This document shows positions 17,253 to 27,582 of a DNA stretch of 64,000 nucleotides, piece by piece. This stretch comes from Candidatus Avisuccinivibrio pullicola (GTDB lineage: Bacteria; Pseudomonadota; Gammaproteobacteria; Enterobacterales; Succinivibrionaceae): the NCBI GenBank assembly GCA_018713485.1, contig DVOQ01000047.1:1386-65385 (forward strand), in the 5' to 3' direction. Under the pieces are notes generated by a model. It searched no databases. It was not told the DNA's origin and saw nothing but the letters and a program-made list of their open reading frames with translations. Positions within the stretch are counted from its first letter, which is position 1; each line of letters begins with the position of its first letter. The translations under genes and the position numbers were made by a program.

Positions 17253-18392
17253 ATGACCGATAATGTCAAAAATCCGCCGGCCCCTGCCCGTCAGAACGGA
17301 CAGAATTTAGCGCCTGCAACGGCGACGCCCGGTTTCATGCCCGCCCCCTCGGGAGCGACGGGTCTGGAGCTGTCCGATGATGAAAAGGCGGCCTTAGAAC
17401 AGTTAAGCGGTCTTGATAAGGCCGCCATCCTGATGCTGTCGCTTTCGGAGGAGGACGCGGCGCAGATCTTCCGCAATCTGCAGCCCAAGCAGGTGCAGAA
17501 ACTCGGTATCCGCATGGCGGAGATCTCCGATTTTGATCTTGATACCGTGAATGCGGTGCATAAATCCTTTTTAACCTCGATTACGCGTCACTCCAATATC
17601 GGCCTTGGCAGCTCCGACTTCGTGAAGAACGCCCTCATCGCGGCCTTAGGTGAGGACAGGGCCAATAACCTTGTCGATCAGATTGAGATGGGTACCGGGT
17701 CGCAGGGCCTCGATGCCCTCAAGTGGATGGATGCCCGTCAGGTGGCGACCATCATTCAGAATGAGCACCCGCAGATCCAGACCATTGTGCTTTCTTACCT
17801 CGAGCCCGAGCAGAGCGCGCAGATTTTAAGTCAGTTCCCCGAGCAGGTGCGTCTTGATCTCATTATGCGCATTGCCACCCTTGAGGAAGTGCAGCCGGCG
17901 GCCTTACAGGAATTAAACGAGATCATGGAAAAGCAGTTTGCAGGTTCCGCCGGTGCCCAGACGGCCAAGATTGGCGGCTTAAAGAGTGCGGCCAATATCA
18001 TGAACTTCCTCGATACCACTACCGAGACGGCTCTCATGGAAGCCATTCAGGGACAGGACAAGGAGATGGGACAGCAGATCCAGGATCTCATGTTCGTGTT
18101 CGAGAATCTTGCCGATGTGGACGACCGCTCCATTCAGACCCTGCTGCGCGATGTGCCCAACGAGGTGCTCGAAAAGGCCCTCAAGGGCGCGGACGAGGAG
18201 CTGCGCGAGAAGTTCTATACCAATATGTCCTCGCGTGCCTCGGCTGCCCTCAAGGAAGATCTGGCCTCGATGGGACCGGTCAAACTCTCGGATGTGGAGG
18301 CGGCGCAGAAGGAGATCCTCACCATTGCGCACCGTCTGGCCGATCAGGGTACCATCATGCTGACGCGTGGCGGTGGAGAGGACTTCGTGTAG
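17253..18392 (+). CDS. fliG: Flagellar motor switch protein FliG
   Basis: LSGLDKAAILMLSL, the EHPQ motif (NEHPQIQT) and MFVFENL..DDRSIQTLLRDV. Confidence 0.93.
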   Translation: MTDNVKNPPAPARQNGQNLAPATATPGFMPAPSGATGLELSDDEKAALEQLSGLDKAAILMLSLSEEDAAQIFRNLQPKQVQKLGIRMAEISDFDLDTVNAVHKSFLTSITRHSNIGLGSSDFVKNALIAALGEDRANNLVDQIEMGTGSQGLDALKWMDARQVATIIQNEHPQIQTIVLSYLEPEQSAQILSQFPEQVRLDLIMRIATLEEVQPAALQELNEIMEKQFAGSAGAQTAKIGGLKSAANIMNFLDTTTETALMEAIQGQDKEMGQQIQDLMFVFENLADVDDRSIQTLLRDVPNEVLEKALKGADEELREKFYTNMSSRASAALKEDLASMGPVKLSDVEAAQKEILTIAHRLADQGTIMLTRGGGEDFV

Positions 18393-18399
18393 GTGAGCT

Positions 18400-19704
18400 A
18401 TGAGCGATAACGCAAAGCGGCCCAATGATCTCAATCCGCAGATCATCACCGACGTGGATGAGGAGGATATCTTTCACTCCTTTGAGGAGCGTACCGACGA
18501 ACGCTATTCAAAAAAGCGCGCCGCGCTGTTAGAGCCTAAGGAAGCCTCGGCCTTCACGCCTCTGCACTGGCCGATGATGGATGACGGGAAGGAAGTGTCC
18601 ACGAATGCCATCGGCTATCCCACGGGCGGGTGGTTTGCGCTGCAGAAAAAGAAGCAGGCCGAGGAAGAGGCCCGTAAGGAGGCCGAGCGGCTGGCCGCCG
18701 AGGAAGAGGCGCGCCGTCAGGCCGAGGAAGAGGCGCAGGAGCACAGGCTTACGGCGGAGGAAGTGGAGGAAATACGTAAGGCCGCCTATGAAGAAGGTCT
18801 TAGTGAGGGGCATGCGGAAGGCCTGAAGCAGGGCTATGACGCGGGCTTTGCCAAAGGAGAGCAGGAAGGGCGGGCACAGGGACTGGCCCAGGGCCTTGAA
18901 GAGGGACAGGCGCAGGGTGAGCTTCAGGGACGCGAGGAAGGCTTTGCCAGGGGCAAGGCCGAGGGCCTTGAAAATTCCCGTGATCTCGTGGAAAGTCAGG
19001 TAAGCCGTCTGGCGCACCTTGGGGATATGCTCGCCAATCCCTTAAGGGAGATTAACGCAGCGGTAACCTCGCAGATCATGGATATGGTAACGCGCCTCGT
19101 GCGTGTCATCACGCATACGGAATTAAAGAGCAATCCCGAGCACCTTCAGTATGCCATCGGGGAATGCCTCAAATTACTGCCCGACGCCGTTAAGGGCGCG
19201 ACGCTCTATCTGCATCCTGATGATGAAGCGCTGCTCCTGGCCACGCTGGGGCGCGATTATCTTAACGCGCAGCACTGGGAGGTAAAGACCCGCGAGGATC
19301 TGACGCCAGGTGACGTCGAGGTGGAAAACCGTTTAAGTCTCGTGGATTTTAAGGTGGATGCACGTCTGGACGCTTTAGTGGAGAAGTTTTTAACCAATGC
19401 CCAGGGCGTGGTGGAGCGCACGCGCCGCGAGAGTATCGAGGGCGCACCCGAGTATGACGAGCTGCCGCAAAAGCCCCTCGCGCCGCCGCCTGATCTGAGC
19501 GCCCTCGAAGGCGTGATACGACAGCGTCTCGGTGAGGAGGAGAGCGCACCGGTGCCGCCTGCTGAGGCTCCTCAGGATACGCCTCCTGCTCCGGACGGCT
19601 CCATCGCCGTGCCCGATGATCCCTTCGCCGCCGCAGCCATGGCGGAGAGTGCTCCGGCCCGTCCCGTACCCAAAGGGGGCTTTATTCCGGGGCGAAAAGC
19701 ATGA
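18400..19704 (+). CDS. fliH: Flagellar assembly protein FliH, expanded to 434 aa
   Basis: Position between fliG and fliI, an E/A/R-rich coiled coil followed by a long GxxxG repeat run, and an ATGA overlap with fliI. Confidence 0.8.
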   Translation: MSDNAKRPNDLNPQIITDVDEEDIFHSFEERTDERYSKKRAALLEPKEASAFTPLHWPMMDDGKEVSTNAIGYPTGGWFALQKKKQAEEEARKEAERLAAEEEARRQAEEEAQEHRLTAEEVEEIRKAAYEEGLSEGHAEGLKQGYDAGFAKGEQEGRAQGLAQGLEEGQAQGELQGREEGFARGKAEGLENSRDLVESQVSRLAHLGDMLANPLREINAAVTSQIMDMVTRLVRVITHTELKSNPEHLQYAIGECLKLLPDAVKGATLYLHPDDEALLLATLGRDYLNAQHWEVKTREDLTPGDVEVENRLSLVDFKVDARLDALVEKFLTNAQGVVERTRRESIEGAPEYDELPQKPLAPPPDLSALEGVIRQRLGEEESAPVPPAEAPQDTPPAPDGSIAVPDDPFAAAAMAESAPARPVPKGGFIPGRKA

Positions 19705-21146
19705 ACGCGCTGTTAAACCGTCTTGAGTCCGTGGAGCTTCCCGGGGAGGACGTCCCGCCGCGCCTTAACGGCAGGCTCACGCGCGTGGTGGGACTGACCC
19801 TTGAGGCCACGGGACTTAAGGTGGCGGTCGGGGAGCTCTGTGAAATCGACACCGCCTACGGGGTGTTAGACGCCGAGGTAGTGGGCTTTGCGGGCGATCT
19901 CATCTACCTTATGCCCACGGGAGATATGCAGGGGATACTGCCCGGAGCCCGCGTGCGGCCCAAGACCCGCGTCAACGCCTTTCCCTATGGCGATCATCTC
20001 CTCGGGCGCGTCATCGATCCCCTGGGAGAGCCCTTAGACGGTCTTGGTTCTCTGCACACGGAACAGGCGCATACCCATTTTCATCCCCACAAGGTCAATC
20101 CCATGGCCCGCACTCCCATCCGCGAGCCCTTAGATGTCGGCGTGCGCGCAATTAACGCCCTGCTCACCTTAGGCAAGGGACAGCGTATGGGCCTCTTCGC
20201 AGGCTCGGGCGTGGGCAAGTCGGTGCTCCTTGGCATGATGACCCGCGGTACCACCGCCGATATCGTGGTGGTGGGGCTGATTGGCGAGCGCGGCCGTGAG
20301 GTGCGTGAGTTTATTGAGGATATCTTAGGCGAGGAGGGCAGGGCCCGCTCGGTGGTCGTTGCCGCCCCCGCGGATGCCTCGCCTTTAATGCGTCTTAAAG
20401 GCTGCGAAACCACGCTGGCGATTGCCGAGTACTTTCGCGATCAGGGACGCAATGTCCTGCTGTTAATCGATTCCCTAACCCGCTACGCCATGGCGCAGCG
20501 CGAAATCGCGCTTTCGGTGGGAGAGCCGCCGGCCACCCGCGGCTATCCGCCCTCAGTCTTCGCCAAGCTGCCGGCGCTTGTGGAGAGAGCCGGTAACGGC
20601 GGGGCGGGGCAGGGTTCCATTACCGCTATCTTCACGGTGCTGGTGGAAGGTGATGATCTGCAGGATCCCATCGCCGACTCGGCCCGTGCCATCCTTGACG
20701 GACATATCGTGCTCTCGCGTGAGTTAGCCGACTCCGGCCATTTCCCCGCCATTGACGTCGAGAAATCCATTTCCCGTGTCATGCCGGCCATCGTCTCGGA
20801 AGAACAGATGGTGATGGCGCGCACCATACGGCAATGTATGTCGCAGTACACGCAAAACCGTGAGCTTATCTCCATCGGTGCCTATCATCAGGGAACGGAC
20901 GCGCGCATTGATCAGGCCATCATGATTAAGCCGCATTTAGACACCTTCCTGCAGCAGGGCATGAAGGAGATCATCCCCTTTGCCGCTTCGCTTGAGGAGC
21001 TGCGCCGTCTGTCGCTGATTCTCATCAATGACGCCAAGGCCCGTGTTGCCGCTCTGCAGGGAGGACAGGGCCAGGCTGACGCGCAGGCCCTGCCGTCTGC
21101 GCAAAAGCCGCCCGTGGCCCGCATGTCCTTTAAGAAAAAGGCCTGA
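19701..21146 (+). CDS. fliI: Flagellum-specific ATP synthase FliI
   Basis: Walker A GSGVGKS, Walker [10 protein letters not shown] and an F1/T3SS ATPase core, plus a C-terminal tail of about 40 aa. Confidence 0.95.
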   Translation: MNALLNRLESVELPGEDVPPRLNGRLTRVVGLTLEATGLKVAVGELCEIDTAYGVLDAEVVGFAGDLIYLMPTGDMQGILPGARVRPKTRVNAFPYGDHLLGRVIDPLGEPLDGLGSLHTEQAHTHFHPHKVNPMARTPIREPLDVGVRAINALLTLGKGQRMGLFAGSGVGKSVLLGMMTRGTTADIVVVGLIGERGREVREFIEDILGEEGRARSVVVAAPADASPLMRLKGCETTLAIAEYFRDQGRNVLLLIDSLTRYAMAQREIALSVGEPPATRGYPPSVFAKLPALVERAGNGGAGQGSITAIFTVLVEGDDLQDPIADSARAILDGHIVLSRELADSGHFPAIDVEKSISRVMPAIVSEEQMVMARTIRQCMSQYTQNRELISIGAYHQGTDARIDQAIMIKPHLDTFLQQGMKEIIPFAASLEELRRLSLILINDAKARVAALQGGQGQADAQALPSAQKPPVARMSFKKKA

Positions 21147-21166
21147 GGACAGGGTAAAGGAGGAGC

Positions 21167-21192
21167 CTTACGGGGAAAGCACTCCCCGTAAG
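21167..21192. terminator. Hairpin between the convergent fliI and folD genes
   Basis: CTTACGGGG...CCCCGTAAG forms a 9-bp stem. There is no clear U-tract. Confidence 0.45.
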
Positions 21193-21204
21193 TGCAGAGA
21201 AGGT

Positions 21205-22056
21205 TTAGCCTAAGTGCCGCTCCCAGGCCTCGACGGTGTTTTCCATTAAAGTCGCCACGGTCATGGGACCGACGCCACCGGGGACGGGCGTGATATACGC
21301 GGCGCGCTCTTTTGCCACGTCAAAGTCCACATCGCCGCACAGACCCTCGGGAGTGCGGTTAATGCCCACGTCGATGACCACCGCGCCTTCCTTAATCCAG
21401 CTGCCGTTGAGGAATTTAGGCTTGCCCACGGCCACGATTACCAGATCGGCGCTCTCCACGAAGGGACGCAGCTCTTTGGTAAAGCGGTGAGTTACCGTGA
21501 CGGTGGCACCGCGCAGCAGCAGCTCGAGGGCCATGGGACGGCCCACGATATTGGAGGCTCCGATGACGAGGGCGTTAATCCCGAGGAGATCGATCCCCGT
21601 CTTGTCCAGCATGGTGATGATCCCCTTGGGGGTGCAGGCGCGCAGTAAGGGCACGCGCTGCGTGAGACGGCCCACGTTATAGGGGTGGAAGCCGTCCACG
21701 TCCTTCATGGGATCGATGCATTCGATGACGCGGCTCTCGCTTAAGTGCTCAGGGAGCGGGAACTGCACCAGAATACCGTCAATGGCGGGATTCTGATTGC
21801 ACTCGCAGATGATCTTCTCAAGTTCCTCCTGCGTGGTGGTAGCCGGCAGATCATAAGGGAAGGAGACGATCCCCACGGCCTCGCAGGCGCGGCGCTTGTT
21901 GCGCACGTAGACCTCGGAGGCGGGATCGGCGCCGACGAGGATTACGGCAAGCCCTGGGGCTCGGTTTCCCGCGGCGGTCTTCTGTGCCACCTTGTCGTGT
22001 AAGGAGGCCTTGAGTTCTGCGGCAATGGCCTTGCCGTCGATAAGCTTAGCGGTCAT
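21205..22056 (-). CDS. folD: Bifunctional methylenetetrahydrofolate dehydrogenase/cyclohydrolase
   Basis: Begins [12 protein letters not shown], with [27 protein letters not shown] and [10 protein letters not shown]. Confidence 0.95.
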   Translation of the reverse strand: MTAKLIDGKAIAAELKASLHDKVAQKTAAGNRAPGLAVILVGADPASEVYVRNKRRACEAVGIVSFPYDLPATTTQEELEKIICECNQNPAIDGILVQFPLPEHLSESRVIECIDPMKDVDGFHPYNVGRLTQRVPLLRACTPKGIITMLDKTGIDLLGINALVIGASNIVGRPMALELLLRGATVTVTHRFTKELRPFVESADLVIVAVGKPKFLNGSWIKEGAVVIDVGINRTPEGLCGDVDFDVAKERAAYITPVPGGVGPMTVATLMENTVEAWERHLG

Positions 22057-22065
22057 GAGTCACTC

Positions 22066-22902
22066 CTACATAAGACCTAAACCTGAGATGAGCATTCTCA
22101 CGCTGATGATAAAGAGGGCAATGGCGAAGATCCGCTTTAGGGTCACGGGACTTACCTTTTTGCCCACCCTGACGCCAAAGGGGGCGCAGAGGACGGAGAG
22201 GGGAATGATGCAGGCCGCGCCCAGCAGGTTGACGTGTCCGAAAGTGCCGATGGGGGCGAGGGCGGGCGTTGCCGCCGTGGCAATGAGAATGATGGCCCCC
22301 GGAATGCACACGAAGAGCGAGACGGCCGAGGAGGTACCCACCGAGCGGTGCGGTTCCACCGAGCAGGCGTTCAGAATGGGGACGGTGAGGGTACCGCCGC
22401 CTACGCCTAGCATCACCGAAAAACAGGCGATGCCAAAGCCGATGCATTTCTGGAAGAAAGGACGGGGCAGGGAGGGGAAGGCCGGTTTGGCCCTGGCGCG
22501 GAACAGGGTATTGATGGAATTGACGATCATCACCGAGCCAAAGAGGATGGCGAGCCAGCCGCCGCCGTAATTGACGGAGATGAGGGTGCCCACAATTACG
22601 CCTATGATCATCGCCACCGACCAGCGTTTAATCACGGAGAGATCAGTATTGCCCCGCCGGTACTGCGAGAGCGCCGCCACGATGGAGGTGGGGATCATGC
22701 AGGCCAGCGAGGTGCCGGTAGCCAGGATGATCGCCAGATCGTCGCTGATCTTAAAGGCGTGAATGAAGATAAAGTACAGAGCGGGGACAAAGACCACGCC
22801 GCCGCCAATTCCCAACAGACCTGCCAGAAATCCCGCGAGAGCGCCGCACACGGCGAGCACGGCCACGGAATACAGCACTTCGGATAGCTCCAGACCGAAC
22901 AT
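22066..22902 (-). CDS. TSUP (TauE/SafE) family anion exporter-like membrane protein
   Basis: Multi-TM protein with paired GIGGG/GVGGG motifs. The start is set at ATG 22900-22902 (AAGGAG 6 nt upstream) rather than the track start at 22980. Confidence 0.8.
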   Translation of the reverse strand: MFGLELSEVLYSVAVLAVCGALAGFLAGLLGIGGGVVFVPALYFIFIHAFKISDDLAIILATGTSLACMIPTSIVAALSQYRRGNTDLSVIKRWSVAMIIGVIVGTLISVNYGGGWLAILFGSVMIVNSINTLFRARAKPAFPSLPRPFFQKCIGFGIACFSVMLGVGGGTLTVPILNACSVEPHRSVGTSSAVSLFVCIPGAIILIATAATPALAPIGTFGHVNLLGAACIIPLSVLCAPFGVRVGKKVSPVTLKRIFAIALFIISVRMLISGLGLM

Positions 22903-23008
22903 GCAAGGCTCCTTGAAGAAGTACATAAAATCGCGCCTTATTATCCTGCAAAAAAGCGGATTCTGATCATCTATGCGCAATTTTTGGGCAGGGTTCAGCC
23001 ACCATAGA

Positions 23009-23040
23009 GGGGAGACGGCAGGGGAGAGGGGGCAGGGGGG
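23009..23040 (+). other. G-quadruplex-type motif GGGG-N8-GGGG-N3-GGGGG-N2-GGGGGG
   Basis: Read directly: four G-runs of at least 4 G with short loops, in the intergenic region upstream of the TSUP gene. Confidence 0.5.
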
Positions 23041-23048
23041 CAGAAACA

Positions 23049-23074
23049 GAAAAACCCGGCTGTTGCCGGGTTTT
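23049..23074 (-). terminator. Rho-independent terminator after the sugar-binding protein gene
   Basis: CCCGGC-TGTT-GCCGGG stem. The minus strand reads stem followed by TTTTTCTG. Confidence 0.7.
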
Positions 23075-23091
23075 CCTTAAGCGCTCGCGGC

Positions 23092-24216
23092 TTACTTGGC
23101 GGCGCGGGCAGCGGCGTCCTCAATGGAGAGTTTGTTGGCGGCAGCCTTTAACTCATCCACGGACATGTTGGACAGAGCCACGATCTCCTCGGCATTGTAG
23201 GGGAGAGCCTGCTCGAAGTACTTGTCGTAATCGCCGTAATCCTCAGGCGAAGACACGTAGAGGTAGGGGAAGGTCAGGTCAATGAACTGACCGGAGTAAT
23301 CACCCTGGCTCTTGACGGCATTGTAGGTGAGGAAGAAGGCGTACAGCGGATCGCAGTAGTGACCGCCGGACTGACCGGCCATGGAGCCGTTGGCTAATCT
23401 CTCGCCTAAGTCAGGCAGGAAGTCGGTGGAAACCACGGCGATATCCTTCACCTTGCCGGCACGCTCCACAGCGGCCACTGCACCTAACAGAGGATCACCG
23501 CCGCCACCGGCAGGAATTAAGGCGTCTAAGGTCGGATCAGCGGCCATTAAAGCCTCAGCAGCCTTGGAACCGCCCTCGGAAGAGGTACCGGCGTACTGCG
23601 GCTCGGAGAGCTTGGCCTGATCATCGGGATGAGCGGCGTTCCACTCCTCGACACCGGCACGGTAGCCTTCCCAGCGGCCTAACCAGGTGGCGTCACCCTG
23701 CTCCCAGCCGATGAGGCCGATGTTGCGGCAGCCCTTGTTTAAGAGGATGTTGACGAGAGCCTTACCATTGGCAGGCTCATCCTCGTGCACGGCACCGACG
23801 TAGTACTTGGAGGCCTTGGCCATCTCGTAAATGTCGGGATTGGCGGACTCGGAGATGATACGGTAGAACTGGGTTAAGTACACCTCGTTATCATTGCAGG
23901 TCTTGATGGCGGACACCATTTCGGTATCGGAAGAGTTGCAGATGATAATACCCTGGCAGCCGGCGGCGACTAACTGCTCGACGGAAGCGGTCACACGCTC
24001 GGAAACGTGGCCCTGGTCAACGTACTGAATGTCCACGCCTAAAGCTTCGGCGGCGGCATCGAGCATACGCTTGGAGTCAGAACCTAAGACGTCGGTGGAC
24101 GACCAGATGGAAACACCGATCTTGATATCAGCGGCACTGGCGCTGACGGAATAGGAGGCCATGGAGGCGGCAAGTAAGGTACCGGCCACAGTCAGAGCAA
24201 GCTTATTTAATTTCAT
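23092..24216 (-). CDS. Periplasmic sugar-binding protein (PBP1 type) of the arabinose-linked CUT2 ABC transporter
   Basis: Signal peptide MKLNKLALTVAGTLLAASMASYSVSASA and a PBP1-like body. The start is set at ATG 24214-24216 instead of the track start at 24255. Confidence 0.8.
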   Translation of the reverse strand: MKLNKLALTVAGTLLAASMASYSVSASAADIKIGVSIWSSTDVLGSDSKRMLDAAAEALGVDIQYVDQGHVSERVTASVEQLVAAGCQGIIICNSSDTEMVSAIKTCNDNEVYLTQFYRIISESANPDIYEMAKASKYYVGAVHEDEPANGKALVNILLNKGCRNIGLIGWEQGDATWLGRWEGYRAGVEEWNAAHPDDQAKLSEPQYAGTSSEGGSKAAEALMAADPTLDALIPAGGGGDPLLGAVAAVERAGKVKDIAVVSTDFLPDLGERLANGSMAGQSGGHYCDPLYAFFLTYNAVKSQGDYSGQFIDLTFPYLYVSSPEDYGDYDKYFEQALPYNAEEIVALSNMSVDELKAAANKLSIEDAAARAAK

Positions 24217-24404
24217 GCGTTCTACATCCTCATGCTGAAGTGTCTTTAAAGTCACGGCTCAAGCCGTATCTTTAACCTGAATCTCATCTTAAAGAAAAAC
24301 TTTTCCGTAAACGTTAGCATTGATCACAGTTTTTACAATCATTCCGTCTGAACGGTACTTAAAGCCTAAAAATGGAAGCTGGATCACTAAAAAACGCAAG
24401 TTTC

Positions 24405-24418
24405 CGTAAACGTTAACG
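24405..24418. promoter_or_regulatory. LacI-type operator-like palindrome CGTAAACGTTAACG
   Basis: A 14-bp near-palindrome with 1 mismatch, about 190 nt upstream of the binding-protein gene. It is the same motif seen at the other arabinose loci. Confidence 0.4.
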
Positions 24419-24932
24419 GGAAACTTTCACCAGCTTGCGCCGCATGTAGGGCCGGACTTCACTCACGGCATCCTGCAGCTCATAGAGCAGGCGGCTGACG
24501 TGAAAGCCGTCCACGGGAGCATAGAGACGCAGAAGCTGTTAGCATGGAGATCCGGTTTTCCGAGGATCCCTTCGGTCTTTCCGTAAAGGGCAGGATCCCG
24601 CTCATAGGCGGCGATGAAATCCTCATGGCAGGCGGCAGGTTCCGTCCACAGCGTGGAAAAGGTCTCGCTGTCCTCGTGAAAGACCGTGTACGCAGGCAGC
24701 AGGTAGCTGTAGATCCCGGGGCTCGCGGCGCTCATTAAAGCAGGTGCGGAACTCCCCGTGACGGTTAACCGCGTCCGTTATGTAGTAAAGCAACGCGGGG
24801 CAGAGCCTTAAGCGGCATGCTCTTAAGGCCGTGATGTCGGGGTTTACGGTCAGGCTGCAGGAAAGGGCAGGGGGTGCAGATAGTGCTCAAAAAAGGGCCG
24901 CCTGGGCCTGCTTTCAAGGTGGATTTTCTCAT
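24413..24932 (-). pseudogene. Decayed type-A chloramphenicol acetyltransferase (CAT) gene, with frameshifts and an internal deletion
   Basis: Pieces lie in three minus-strand frames. RRPFFEHY matches HRKEHFEAF. VNPDITAL..LCPALLYYITDAVNRHGEFR matches [53 protein letters not shown] matches HPCYTVFHEQTETFSSLW..PWVSFTS. The sequence then jumps to GFHVSRLLYELQ (GFHVGRMLNELQ), so the block containing the catalytic HHAVCDG is missing. Confidence 0.75.
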
Positions 24933-25027
24933 AACGTCGGATTTAAAAGGACTTACACCGGGGGCCTTAAATAAGAGAAGGGCCCCTGAGGACCCTTCCT
25001 GAAAGAGATTTAGCTGTGAAAGCCTGC

Positions 25028-26470
25028 TTATTCGCCGCGGGCTAACTTCTCGAGGCACTCCTCGGTGGTGTCGTCGCCGATGGCGATGAACTCGCTGCCG
25101 GTGAGCTTGGCGAACATGGCGATATCCTCACGCTTTAAGGCGGTGGAAACCACGGAGTGGTGAGCGCCGCCGGCATAGCACCAGGCCGCGGTACCAATCT
25201 GGAAGTTGGGCTTGTGACGGTACATGATGCGGGCCACGGGGAGCTTGGGCATGGGCTTGGGCTGCTTCACTAACTCGATGTCAGCGCAGATGATGCGGAA
25301 GTGGGTACCCATATCCACTAAGGTCACCTGCACGCCGTCGCCTTCCACTCCGTCGAAAATGAGACGGGCGGGATCGGCCTTGCCGCCGATACCTAAGGGC
25401 AGCACGTCAATCTCGGGTTTGGTGGCGGCGAAGTTCACGGGCACCTCTAACATGTGGGAGGCTAACTCGAGTTCCTGACCCGGGGTGAGATCGTAGGTGT
25501 AGTCCTCAATAAAGCCGGTGGCACCCGCACGGCCCTCGGCCATCTTCATTAAGACAGCGGACAGGGCGGAGATCTTGTAGTCACCCTCGGGGCCAAAGCC
25601 GATACCCTTGCCCATCAGGTTCTGGCAGGCGATACCGGGCAGCTGCTTTAAGCCGTGTAAATCCTGGAAGGTGTCGGTAAAGGCACCTAAGCCGTTTTTG
25701 GCGAGGAACTTCTCAAGACCCACCTCGTATTTGGCCTGCTCGCGCACGGCTTCGATATTGGTGGTCTTCATGGTGTACTTCGAGGTGTACTCGTTCATCT
25801 TGGCGTCCACCTCGGCGTCGGTGACGGCGTTGATGACGGCGACTAAATCACCTAAGGCAAAGTAATTGCACTCCCAGCCGTAACGGATCTGGGACTCCAC
25901 GCGATCACCGTCGGTCACGGCCACTTCGCGCATGTTGTTGCCGAAAGCGGCGATCTTAAGGTGACGGGAGAAGTTAATGGCGCGGGCCACGTCCACAAAC
26001 TTGCCGATCTTCTCCACGACGTCGTCATGACGGTAGAAACCGGCCACGACCTGATGGGCGATGCGCATACGGGCTAAGATGAAGCCATACTCGCGATCAC
26101 CGTGGGCGGCCTGGTTTAAGTTCATGAAGTCCATGTCGATGTCGTCATAGGGGAGCTTCTCGTTGGCCTGGGTGTGCAGGTGCAGGAGGGGCTTTCTTAA
26201 TTCCTGCAGACCCTTGATCCACATCTTGGCCGGGGAGAAGGTGTGCATCCAGGTCATGACGCCGATGCACTCGTCATCGCAGGACACCTTGCGCATGTCG
26301 GCGATGCAGGTCTCGGAATTGACCACGGTGGGCAGGAGCTCGACTTTAACTTTGGCGCCTAACTTCTCGTTGAAGAAGTCGGCCATCACCTTAGCGTCAG
26401 CGGCTACCTGCCTTAAGCACTCATCACCGTACAGATCCTGAGAGCCCACCACGAAATATAACTTATCCAT
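25028..26470 (-). CDS. araA: L-arabinose isomerase
   Basis: FVVGSQDLYG at the N-terminus, MTWMHTFSPAKMW and the FIEDYTY region; 480 aa. Confidence 0.93.
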   Translation of the reverse strand: MDKLYFVVGSQDLYGDECLRQVAADAKVMADFFNEKLGAKVKVELLPTVVNSETCIADMRKVSCDDECIGVMTWMHTFSPAKMWIKGLQELRKPLLHLHTQANEKLPYDDIDMDFMNLNQAAHGDREYGFILARMRIAHQVVAGFYRHDDVVEKIGKFVDVARAINFSRHLKIAAFGNNMREVAVTDGDRVESQIRYGWECNYFALGDLVAVINAVTDAEVDAKMNEYTSKYTMKTTNIEAVREQAKYEVGLEKFLAKNGLGAFTDTFQDLHGLKQLPGIACQNLMGKGIGFGPEGDYKISALSAVLMKMAEGRAGATGFIEDYTYDLTPGQELELASHMLEVPVNFAATKPEIDVLPLGIGGKADPARLIFDGVEGDGVQVTLVDMGTHFRIICADIELVKQPKPMPKLPVARIMYRHKPNFQIGTAAWCYAGGAHHSVVSTALKREDIAMFAKLTGSEFIAIGDDTTEECLEKLARGE

Positions 26471-26608
26471 CTCTGTATGTCCTTTGCCCGAGGGGCGGTT
26501 AGTTGGTAAGGAGCCCTTGCGGGCCGCCTTCAGTGTATAAAATCTTTCTGAGACTAAGTCGCAGTTGCGAAAGTCTCTTAGCTTCCCCCGCCTTCGCGGG
26601 GGAGAGAC

Positions 26609-27571
26609 TTACTTAATCACGGTCAGGGACTGGCGATCGGCGAAGATGGCGACGAACGCGAGGAAGACCACGCCCTGAATTAACTGCATCATCTGCGTGC
26701 TAAGGCCCATCATGGTTAAGCCGGAGGTTAAGACCACGAAGAGCAGGGAACCTACGATGACGTTATAGAAACGGCACATCGCACCGCCGGAGATGGGCAT
26801 ACCGCCTAACACCAGCGCGATGAGGATCTGCGTCTCTAACTGATTGCCGCCGTTCGAGGTCACGGAGCCGATCTTGATGGCCGAGATAAAGGCGGCAAAA
26901 CCGGTGATGGCACCTGACAGCACGAAGACGAGGAACTTCACGAGATCGGTACGGATACCGGCGAACATGGCGGCCTTCTCACCGGCGCCGATGGCACGCA
27001 GGTAAGTACCGAACTTGGTGTAGTTAAAGCAGAAGAAGCCAATGCCCACCACAATCACGGTGCAGGTGACCTTGAAGGCGGTGGAGTCCCACATGACGAG
27101 CATCGGAGTGCCGGCCACCGGTGAATTGGTGGTCAGGAACTTGATGAGGCCACGGAACAGGAACATGGTACAGATGGTCACGATGAAGGATTTGATTTTC
27201 CGGTTCACCGAGAAGTAGCCGTTGACCGCGCCGATTAAGGCACCGGTGCAGATACCGGCGAGGATCGAGAGCTCAATACTCGTCTTGGAGACCATACACA
27301 CCACGATGGCCGAGAGGCCCAGGATCGAGCCCTGGGAGAAGTCGAGGCCGCCCATGGTCATGATGAAGAACACGCCCATGGAGGCAATCATGATGACGTA
27401 AACGGTACTCATCGCAAGCGGCAGACGGCTGATTAAGCGGCCGTTAGTGAGGATGCTGAAGAGCACGAACACGAAGATAAGACCCGCGATAGGGAGCAGG
27501 GCGCGGATCATGCGCATGGTGCGCTGCTTCTTAAGCGCCAGCTCCTTGGCGCTGACAGTTGATTCAGTCAT
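26609..27571 (-). CDS. Monosaccharide ABC transporter permease (CUT2 family)
   Basis: Polytopic membrane protein with the typical RAIGAGEKAA and GGMPISGG motifs. Confidence 0.85.
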   Translation of the reverse strand: MTESTVSAKELALKKQRTMRMIRALLPIAGLIFVFVLFSILTNGRLISRLPLAMSTVYVIMIASMGVFFIMTMGGLDFSQGSILGLSAIVVCMVSKTSIELSILAGICTGALIGAVNGYFSVNRKIKSFIVTICTMFLFRGLIKFLTTNSPVAGTPMLVMWDSTAFKVTCTVIVVGIGFFCFNYTKFGTYLRAIGAGEKAAMFAGIRTDLVKFLVFVLSGAITGFAAFISAIKIGSVTSNGGNQLETQILIALVLGGMPISGGAMCRFYNVIVGSLLFVVLTSGLTMMGLSTQMMQLIQGVVFLAFVAIFADRQSLTVIK

Positions 27572-27582
27572 GTTTATTCTCC

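Noticed and set aside
24765-25058. 97-aa minus-strand ORF downstream of araA
   Set aside because: It overlaps the araA 3' end, and its body is one of the shifted frames of the CAT pseudogene, so it is not an independent gene.
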